A stretch of DNA of 15,702 bases from an archaeon. GTDB lineage: Archaea; Asgardarchaeota; Thorarchaeia; Thorarchaeales; Thorarchaeaceae. Shown here in pieces: positions 8,010 through 15,010 of this stretch. Made by a program: the position numbers and the translations under genes. Position 1 is the stretch's first letter. The number at the start of each line of letters is the position of its first letter. The notes beneath the pieces are model-generated. The model saw only the letters and a program-made list of their open reading frames with translations, was not told the origin of the DNA and did not search any database. The stretch covers positions 1 to 15,702 of the forward strand of contig JAJRZD010000060.1 of NCBI GenBank assembly GCA_024275415.1. The letters run 5' to 3'.

Positions 8010-8863
8010 ATGTTCACAGACCTCGACCAGCAGGATTCCAATCCACCTGCCCTACCTCCTCCAACACAAGATGACGATGTAGTAATTGAAGCAGATGGCA
8101 CTACTCAAGGTGCTCCACCTGCGAATAATCCATATTTGGCTCAGTTAAACCAAGTTATTGTCGATCTAACATCTACAATTGTGATGTATTGGGAAGGATG
8201 GTGGCCTGTCCTCCACATCTTGATAGATATGGCACTACCCGACTCTAGTTCCTGTGCTTTACATCTCACCATAGATCTACTAGGATTCAAAAACATGAAA
8301 TCCTTATCGCTAGATATCCTAGGGTTGAATGATATGCCTGAGAGCGATGGGGATGCGATAGTTAGTGATATCGACTCAGAATTTGCTGACTTGGTAGGTA
8401 TTATCGCTGCGGCCGTTGGAGTAGCTATGCAAGTTGCCTATTTCGCTCTAAAAGCTTTAGTGCAAATACTTCGGAGAAGGAATGGGTCTTCTGGGCAGCC
8501 TTGGTTGGCTATACTTTATTATATGTAAGCTATGTGGGATTGAGCTGGTACTATGCTCGTCTAACAGCAGCTAACGCGTTGTGTCAGGCGGTAATTTTCT
8601 TCGGAATGGCATTGATGTGTATCCTTAGTTTTGGCTGGGAGAATCATCTTACAACTCAATTCATGAAAGGAAAGGCTGCAGGCAGGATATGGAATTACTT
8701 TGATGACTTCTATAAGAACAACAAGTTAGCGAACATCAACAAATCCGGTTTTGAGGGTAGATCTCATGCAGGATTGCTGGTGATGAATGTGATTTGTTTT
8801 GCGTCCATAGTAGCCATTACATGTGGTATTGCATTCCTGGGGGGTGATAAGAACGATACATAG
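8010..8863 (+). pseudogene. Cassette 6 module, frameshifted (ORFs 8010-8528 and 8501-8863)
   Basis: Motifs ADGT, YWEGWWPVLH, IDLLG. Frame +2 from ~8462 reads ANTSEKEWVFWAAL (compare cassette 4 GNTWQELAFWAAI) through GFEGRSHAGLL. Implies a net 1-nt loss near 8450-8465. Confidence 0.78.
8014..8070 (+). repeat. Cassette anchor repeat, copy 6 (5'-truncated)
   Basis: TCACAGACCTCGACCAGCA (8014-8032) is identical to copy 3. Encodes TDLDQQDSNPPALPPPTQD. Confidence 0.85.
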
Positions 8864-8913
8864 TAATATGATTGCAGAAAACAGGACAATTGGAGGAATT
8901 TGAATTGAGTGAA

Positions 8914-9480
8914 ATGGAACTAATGTACCTATTCTGGTTGTTTTGTGCGACTCTGATAGTGTTCTTGCCAATTATCTACTATGTGATGGCTGGAACTGCA
9001 ATGAGAGGAAACTTGAAAGAAGAGGCTGTACCGAAATCTACTGATTTCGGCAGGAAGTATGGCGGCTTTCTTGAAAAACAAACTTGTTCAAGACAAAAAC
9101 TGACCAATATTCTTGCTTTCACAAGCCCTCTTACTGTCTATTGGGTTCTTTCCTTCCTTCTAGTTCCCCAGGCTTTCATAGAGCTTCTCAGCTACTCATG
9201 GTGGTTTTGGCCTGTTCTTGCCCTCTTTGGATATATAAGTATCACATCATCAGAAATTGAGTATTACGAAGAGCTTGGTGAATCAACATATCAACAAATC
9301 CTACAACAAGAAAATCCCGTTGAAGAAGCACTCGTACTTGTAAGGCATTACGAAAAGAAACCTATACACCAGAACTATGCGAGGGCGAAGGAACATCTTC
9401 TGAATAGGACTGATGAAGTTGGTGATGTCTTCCGCGAGGCCTATGCAAGATTGGAAGTTGAATCCATTGATTCGGACTAG
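8914..9480 (+). CDS. Cassette 6 partner: membrane protein with C-terminal helical domain
   Basis: GGAGGA at 8892-8897 suggests a start at TTG 8905 or ATG 8914 (ORF open from 8872). About 3 TM segments, then LLNRTDEVGDVFREAY. Confidence 0.8.
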   Translation: MELMYLFWLFCATLIVFLPIIYYVMAGTAMRGNLKEEAVPKSTDFGRKYGGFLEKQTCSRQKLTNILAFTSPLTVYWVLSFLLVPQAFIELLSYSWWFWPVLALFGYISITSSEIEYYEELGESTYQQILQQENPVEEALVLVRHYEKKPIHQNYARAKEHLLNRTDEVGDVFREAYARLEVESIDSD

Positions 9481-9551
9481 AAACGAAAGGTTGACGCAGG
9501 CATCTTCTTAAGCGGCTAAACCAGGCAATTCGGGCGAAGTAGTGCATATGC

Positions 9552-9650
9552 CGTGGACATGCGCGTCCACGACGTCAACGTGGTCGCCGATTTGAACGAG
9601 CAAAATCCAAACTCGTCCACCCCACCGCCAACGCAGGACCCGCCCGCTGG
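9552..9650 (+). repeat. Cassette anchor repeat, copy 7
   Basis: Encodes VDMRVHDVNVVADLNEQNPNSSTPPPTQDPPA. Confidence 0.93.
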
Positions 9651-10420
9651 AACAGATTATACGATGACTGGACCTGACGGTACAACAGAAGGTCTGGGTG
9701 AATACATCAATGAGGAGATGGATGAGAATATGCCAAGAATCATATCTCCTGAAGAGGTGAATGGTGAGGTTACTCAGTGGTGGACAGGACCCTGGCCTCG
9801 TCTTCATTCCAAAATCGATTATATGACAGAAGATGGCTATAGGGCAAAATATCACATCAGTAATGATTTGCTTGGAAATGTGCAGGTGGAGGAGGAGATG
9901 CAGCTAACGACCGAGTTGGCTGACGATCCAATTAATGACCCCGGCTTTTCAGCGTCTATTGCCGACGTTTACTTCAATACGCTAGTGACATTGTGGAGTG
10001 TTGAAATGGTTCTAATCATAACTGACATATTCACTGTCTGGGCTTGCGTTGCGTGGGAAAAGAATCCCTCATGGTGGCCACTGGCAGCAATTACCGGAGC
10101 TGCTTGGACAGCGGCTTTCAGCATCTACCTCGGATTGATGATTAATGAGATCCTATCCGAAACAGACAACCCGTTTGTACGTTTTTGGGCAATTGCACTA
10201 CTAGGCATCTCAATGGTCTTTGGATGGTCTATGACAGATTTCCTAAAAGACCTCGGAGTGTACCTCATCCAAAAGGGGATTCATTCATTCATTCACTGAG
10301 TTCTTTCTTGAACGAAATGCGCCGTCTTTAAGTTGGATGCTCTGGAAATTACTATGCACATTGATAGTGTTCATCATGGCGGGTCTAGTACTGACGATAA
10401 CTCTTCTGGAGATACTGTAG
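9553..10420 (+). pseudogene. Cassette 7 module, C-terminus out of frame at (ATTC)4 (ORF 9553-10299 plus 10295-10420)
   Basis: Motifs PDGT, WWTGPWPRLH, NDLLG. Removing one ATTC unit extends the ORF through TEFFLERNAPSLSWMLWKLLCTLIVFIMAGLVLTITLLEIL to TAG 10418-10420. Confidence 0.78.
10279..10294 (+). repeat. Tetranucleotide microsatellite (ATTC)4
   Basis: ATTCATTCATTCATTC read directly from the sequence, immediately before the premature TGA at 10297-10299. Confidence 0.9.
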
Positions 10421-10468
10421 AAACACCGATGTAAGAGAATAAATAGTTGAAAGAGGGACAAGTGCAAG

Positions 10469-10795
10469 ATGCAAACCATAGATCTCGATCCAGTGTCGAT
10501 GTACTTGATTGTATGTGGGATTCTAGTGTTCATATTGCCAATGCTTCTTGCGGGTTCTATTCTGCATTGGGTTCGAAAAGACTCGGTAGCACAGGAGATG
10601 ACCCGCAAGGCGGAACGTCTCATCAGCATGACCACGGGTAGCGTTGGAGTCCTGTTCCTGTTAGGATCAATCCCTATATTCAGCAACAAAGTAACAGGAT
10701 TTCATCTGATATCTGGCTTTGCTATATTGGCAATATCGACATGGACTGGAACATGGTATGCCATGAAACGAGTGCGTGACGCAAACGGAAGATGA
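10469..10795 (+). CDS. Cassette 7 partner small membrane protein (putative immunity)
   Basis: 108 aa with ~3 TM segments. Follows the restored cassette 7 stop by 48 nt. Confidence 0.78.
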   Translation: MQTIDLDPVSMYLIVCGILVFILPMLLAGSILHWVRKDSVAQEMTRKAERLISMTTGSVGVLFLLGSIPIFSNKVTGFHLISGFAILAISTWTGTWYAMKRVRDANGR

Positions 10796-10934
10796 TTATG
10801 AATCACCATTTTCACAAGGTTCAGGTCCAGCCCCTGACTGGTCGCCGCTGATAATGATATCGCCTGGCCCGGTGTCTGGGAGCAGCTATTTGTCAATTCA
10901 TGCTCTGGTAAGATGGAGAGTGATCTGATGCAAC

Positions 10935-11831
10935 TTGCATGGGAAACTGGGAATCCTTGGCTATCGGTACAGTAGCTACACCCTCGTGGACATGCGCGTC
11001 CACGACGTCAACGTGGTAGCAGACCTCAACGGGCACGATCCTGACTCTTCCACTCTGCCACCGACGCAGGATCCACCTGCTGGTGAAGAGCAAGCTGTGC
11101 AGGATTACGATGGTACACAAAATGGAGGTACGTCCACGGGATACCACATGCAGGCTGCAGATACTAGTCTAAGCGATGGTATGAATGATCTTCAATTATA
11201 TTGGACAGGTTGGTGGCCTCTATTACATGTCGTGTATAGTATTCCAATATCTGGTGATGGAGTTCAGTTGACTCTTAGCTTTCACATTGCCAAGAATCTT
11301 TTAGGGATAAGTGAATACACTGCTTTGCAGATTAGTGGGGATGAGTCATTTTATACTGATGCAGTTCCAGTCTTGTTGGCGTTGGCTTTTGAAAACATAT
11401 TTGCGCTAGTAATGATAAATGCAGTTCTTGTCGCATCCAATATTCTTGAGGCAGTTGTGAATTCAGCAAGTTACATTCCGGGAGCACTCATTGGCGCAAT
11501 TTCATTAGTTGTGGCAACCGTTACAGTATCATATCTTGCACCTGTCCATTTCATTCAAGGAGAAATCGAAGCAGGAAGAGCCAGTAACATAGTAGCGTTT
11601 GGTTTCCTATTGGAAGTAGCCTGGGCATGGCTAAATTTGGGAATGGATATGAAAGGTATCTATCAAACAGGCGGCTTATTCTTGCATAGCAAATTAATGA
11701 TAAGCAACTATTTGCCAGCATGTAGGCTAAAAGACTTCCTGAAAATCACGAAACTTGCCTACGTATTGGTTCTAAGCATCGGAGTTGCATTGCTTGCCAC
11801 AGCCATCTGGTATCTTCTGAACTCCTTTTAG
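10935..11831 (+). CDS. Cassette 8 ORF: anchor plus variable module
   Basis: 298-aa ORF from TTG. Motifs YDGT, YWTGWWPLLH, KNLLG, hydrophobic helices and a terminal TM segment. Confidence 0.82.
   Translation: MHGKLGILGYRYSSYTLVDMRVHDVNVVADLNGHDPDSSTLPPTQDPPAGEEQAVQDYDGTQNGGTSTGYHMQAADTSLSDGMNDLQLYWTGWWPLLHVVYSIPISGDGVQLTLSFHIAKNLLGISEYTALQISGDESFYTDAVPVLLALAFENIFALVMINAVLVASNILEAVVNSASYIPGALIGAISLVVATVTVSYLAPVHFIQGEIEAGRASNIVAFGFLLEVAWAWLNLGMDMKGIYQTGGLFLHSKLMISNYLPACRLKDFLKITKLAYVLVLSIGVALLATAIWYLLNSF
10947..11083 (+). repeat. Cassette anchor repeat, copy 8 (type A variant)
   Basis: Encodes LGILGYRYSSYTLVDMRVHDVNVVADLNGHDPDSSTLPPTQDPPA. Confidence 0.95.
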
Positions 11832-11903
11832 GGGATATTCTCGGAAACGAACCTCGTACACTAGGGAATAATCAATATAAGTGAAGTGAGATGAGAGCCT
11901 ACC

Positions 11904-12476
11904 ATGCAGGTATTCGATATCTTTGGCAGTGATCTAATAGAAGGCATTGCATTCGCAACGCTACTATCTGTTTCAGTAATTGTCAATCACCTCTCCAAAA
12001 GAATTGTAAAAGAGTCAATCGAATACGAGAGGACTGGCATTGAGAACATATCTTCTATGATATCCCGATTTGCCAACAAGCTAACAGTAGTGGGTTCTAA
12101 TGATTATCTCGCATCGAGACGAACTTTTCTGCGGCTTCATTTAGCAATCACTGTCCTTTGTCTAGGATTAATCCTGCTATTTACGTTCACTCCACTTGCG
12201 ATTGTGACATTCATTTTCTACCTATGTGTTTTCTCGGAAATGCTATACGACTTCCGCAACCGAGGGTACTTGGAAGACACAGTCGAATATCTTGTACAGA
12301 GAGTAGATGAATCGGCTAATGGTGTGCGTGAACTTGAAAAGATTCGCATGGAGATGCAGGATTTGATAGCCTACAACAAAGATGCCTTTGCTGAATTCCT
12401 AGAAATCCTAGCTCATAGAAGTGATGCTGTCAGCGAAAAAGCAAGAGAGATATCAAGATGTGTTAGAGAATCATGA
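11904..12476 (+). CDS. Cassette 8 partner 1: membrane protein with C-terminal helical domain
   Basis: 190 aa with ~3 TM segments. C-terminal LAHRSDAVSEKAREI resembles the partners of cassettes 1 and 6. Confidence 0.8.
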   Translation: MQVFDIFGSDLIEGIAFATLLSVSVIVNHLSKRIVKESIEYERTGIENISSMISRFANKLTVVGSNDYLASRRTFLRLHLAITVLCLGLILLFTFTPLAIVTFIFYLCVFSEMLYDFRNRGYLEDTVEYLVQRVDESANGVRELEKIRMEMQDLIAYNKDAFAEFLEILAHRSDAVSEKAREISRCVRES

Positions 12477-12492
12477 GTGTTGGGAGGGTCTC

Positions 12493-12939
12493 ATGGTGAG
12501 TGATTTACTTACATTTTCTCTTCTCGCTGTGCTATTACTCCTGTACTTTATCACTCTCCGTGTATTCTGTTTCCTCATATTGGTATTGTTATATCGATTT
12601 ACAGGACTTGGCATGTCTGCTGACTCGATCAAGTACTTCAAAGAACACCAGCTCCGTATGACATTGATATACTTCCTCGTGCCTGTGTTGGCAACTATCG
12701 GCATTGGAGTTTTCTCCTATATGATGCTCCTTATACCCTTAGCCAATGGAGACTTATGGCCCTTCTATTGGGCGAGCGGTGGAGTGCTTATCACTGATGC
12801 AGCACGTCAGTTTCTTCTATCTGTTATTTCACTTATCGGGATAGTTATGAGCTCGGTGTTCAGTCTAATGCGGTTGGGTCTTCCAAATCCATTGAAGTTG
12901 GGTCAATACTGGTGTGGATACAAACCTATGAGATTGTAG
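12493..12939 (+). CDS. Extra membrane protein (orphan partner-like)
   Basis: GGAGGGT at 12483-12489 favours ATG 12493 over 12421. About 3-4 TM segments. Confidence 0.75.
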   Translation: MVSDLLTFSLLAVLLLLYFITLRVFCFLILVLLYRFTGLGMSADSIKYFKEHQLRMTLIYFLVPVLATIGIGVFSYMMLLIPLANGDLWPFYWASGGVLITDAARQFLLSVISLIGIVMSSVFSLMRLGLPNPLKLGQYWCGYKPMRL

Positions 12940-12958
12940 TTGGCACCTATGGAGACGG

Positions 12959-13513
12959 ATGAATATGCTTTCCCTCTTTGCATTTATCGTATTAGCCATT
13001 ACATTCGGAATCTCATTACAGCTCGGTATTCTATGGACGGGGGATATTGGCGAAACCGAAATGGGATTCCTTCGACGAATTCTTTTTGGATCAAAAAAAG
13101 CATCCATTTTGACTTCGAACACCATCCTCATTGGGGGCTTTCTTGCGGTGCTCATTTTTGACTCACAGACAAATCATCTTGAGGTTATCATTTCCATCGT
13201 TCTCCTTGAATTAGCATTCCTCCTCATCGGGTCACATGTATTCCTGAATTGGCATATTGGATCTTATTGTGTCGCAGGGAGGAACAAGATGCAAATCCGT
13301 CTTCTTCGTGCTCAGACTGATCCTGCTCTCAAACAAATAGTCGCCAGACATACCATGTTGTCAGTGATAAATGAGATTCGCCAAGGGAATCGAGCCTCAG
13401 CGCAAGTGCTAAGGGATGCCATCACTTGTGGAGATTCTGAAAGTGAACTCCTTTTAAGACAAGGACTGGAGATTGATGAAGACCTTGTTAGAAGCATCCT
13501 AGACGAGTCCTAG
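12959..13513 (+). CDS. Extra membrane protein with soluble C-terminal tail (orphan partner-like)
   Basis: GGAG at 12951-12954. 184 aa with ~3 TM segments followed by a charged helical tail. Confidence 0.77.
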   Translation: MNMLSLFAFIVLAITFGISLQLGILWTGDIGETEMGFLRRILFGSKKASILTSNTILIGGFLAVLIFDSQTNHLEVIISIVLLELAFLLIGSHVFLNWHIGSYCVAGRNKMQIRLLRAQTDPALKQIVARHTMLSVINEIRQGNRASAQVLRDAITCGDSESELLLRQGLEIDEDLVRSILDES

Positions 13514-13521
13514 TCATCCAT

Positions 13522-13570
13522 CAGCACGACCCGGACTCGTCCACTCCTGATGAGCCTGTTGAATATGATG
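13522..13570 (+). repeat. Cassette anchor repeat, copy 9 (strongly 5'-truncated)
   Basis: 13522-13541 is identical to 4347-4366, and 13543-13570 is identical to 1577-1604. Encodes QHDPDSSTPDEPVEYD. Confidence 0.9.
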
Positions 13571-13608
13571 GAACTCCCGGGGGATTAGAATACAGACCGC
13601 AAACCAGA

Positions 13609-14361
13609 ATGAAGGACACTGTAAATCAACTTTTCAATGACATGGCTGGATATATCTCAATTTATTGGACAGGTTGGTGGCCCGAATTGCATTTCGTGAT
13701 TAATCATGAGATAGCCACCGATATCACAATTTTCTCGGACTTGCCAATCGATGTTCTTAGTGTCATTCATTTGAGGAGTTTCAATCTTGAGTTTCTGGAT
13801 ATCAAGAACAAAACCGATGATGCGATCTCTATCCTCATTGTAGATATTCAATCAGTCACTAATAATACAATCTCCGGATCCACTGCTGACTATTATCTGG
13901 CAGGAGCAGAAATATCTTGGGTTTCTGCTGAGGTGATTGCTATGTGGGCGCCACCAACCACTGCCTCAGAAATTGCATTTTGGGATGCACTGGCAATATT
14001 TACCGCTCTAGCAATCGCAGGTCTTGTGTTCTTAGCACAGGATGTGGCCAACTGCAACGCCGGCCCATATCTTTCTGCGATGATATTCTTTGCAATGGCA
14101 CTTGTGTCCATGAAAGAGATTGGAGCGAATAAAGCAGCAGTTGATAAGATGATCACAGAAAGTCCTAAGACAGTAAGAGACTTTAACCTATTCAAAGACA
14201 AACGCTTTCGAACCTCATGGGCAAAGAAAGGGTTTGAAGGTCGGACGCATATCGGTCTTATGGTCGCTCAATTGTTGGTTCTTCTTACCATCATCACGAT
14301 TGCATGGGGTTTCATGGCTGAATGGGCGTTTGATGTGTTCCGATCAACGAGTCCATCCTGA
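13609..14361 (+). CDS. Cassette 9 variable module (homology starts at 13522, same frame)
   Basis: YDGT lies just upstream of the ATG. Motifs YWTGWWPELH, IDVLS, EIAFWDAL, GFEGRTHIGL and a terminal TM segment. Confidence 0.8.
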   Translation: MKDTVNQLFNDMAGYISIYWTGWWPELHFVINHEIATDITIFSDLPIDVLSVIHLRSFNLEFLDIKNKTDDAISILIVDIQSVTNNTISGSTADYYLAGAEISWVSAEVIAMWAPPTTASEIAFWDALAIFTALAIAGLVFLAQDVANCNAGPYLSAMIFFAMALVSMKEIGANKAAVDKMITESPKTVRDFNLFKDKRFRTSWAKKGFEGRTHIGLMVAQLLVLLTIITIAWGFMAEWAFDVFRSTSPS

Positions 14362-14403
14362 GAGAGAGAATCGTAGTAACGATAAGAAAGGAGAAGTGAA
14401 CTC

Positions 14404-14758
14404 ATGGTGATGACGGGGTTGATGACGATGACATTTCTCATAGCCGGGGCTATTTGGCTTGTATTGCTAAAAGCCATCATGGACGGTAAGAAGATTCAAG
14501 ACCGGGGATTGGATGAAAAACCTCTTGGTTTCGAATAGAACCGAAACGTGGTACGCGAAGCATATAACTAATGTGAAGCGTTCCATTCTGTTCTCCGTTT
14601 TTCATTTTGCCACAATCCCTTTCGTATTCCTGTCTTGTGTCCTGTTGTTCGAACCAGACTATTTCCAGCAATTGAGTCCTTCGATATTGCCATTACTCCT
14701 CTTTTTTGTGTTAGTAGGAATAGGTTCAGGTTTTGACAGGCGATATACAAAACGGTAA
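14404..14758 (+). pseudogene. Cassette 9 partner (WYxxxI family), frameshifted
   Basis: AAGGAG at 14388-14393. ATG 14404 reads MVMTGLMTMTFLIAGAIWLVLLKAIMDGKKIQDRGLDEKPLGFE*. Deleting 14536-14545 gives GFETWYAKHIT, colinear with GFGSWYAKNIT of the cassette 4 partner. Confidence 0.75.
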
Positions 14759-14968
14759 GTGTTTCCTACTACATCGTTCACGGCATCGATTCAGGGATGG
14801 ATGGTGCAGGCAAGGATAGTCTTTCTCATGGTTCCGTCCGGGGTTCCCCCAGAATACCAACTTGAACTGTCCATAGAGATATTGAAGAATTTTGCTGCTG
14901 CTTTTTCTTTGGGTCCTTTTGTCTATATAGTTCTATCACGAAGGAGATCAAAGATGAATATGGATTGA
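14759..14968 (+). CDS. Possible small membrane protein or gene fragment
   Basis: 69 aa from GTG abutting the previous stop, with hydrophobic stretches. No recognisable motif. Confidence 0.35.
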   Translation: MFPTTSFTASIQGWMVQARIVFLMVPSGVPPEYQLELSIEILKNFAAAFSLGPFVYIVLSRRRSKMNMD

Positions 14969-15010
14969 AAACTATTCAATGTAATAATAGGGTTGCATAG
15001 GATTCGGTAG

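Noticed and set aside
1451-11147. Recurring minus-strand ORFs containing (D/H)DVDVV(D/E)AH (1451-1690, 2652-2864, 5834-6070, 9508-9855, 10893-11147; also 7835-8101)
   Set aside because: These are antisense shadows of the GC-rich anchor. They diverge as soon as the repeat ends, while the + strand frame carries the conserved protein motifs.
1-13570. CRISPR array interpretation of the recurring palindromic repeat
   Set aside because: The repeats are 50-170 nt, degenerate and protein-coding in a constant frame, and they are 1.3-2.5 kb apart. No cas genes are present.
1-14361. Diversity-generating retroelement
   Set aside because: No reverse transcriptase is present. Differences between copies are not confined to adenines, and the variable parts do not align as TR/VR pairs.
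123-14361. Assigning the tips to Rhs, CdiA, colicin or other named toxin families, or giving gene symbols
   Set aside because: There are no YD repeats, no VENN motif and no recognisable nuclease/deaminase catalytic motifs. The analogy is architectural only.
14360-14368. GAGAGAGAG dinucleotide run
   Set aside because: It is short, overlaps the stop and intergenic region, and has no effect on a reading frame. It is expected by chance.
1-14758. Integron cassette array (attC sites)
   Set aside because: The repeat lies inside coding sequence at the 5' part of each unit, has ragged boundaries and lacks RYYYAAC...GTTRRRY core sites. No integrase is in the window.
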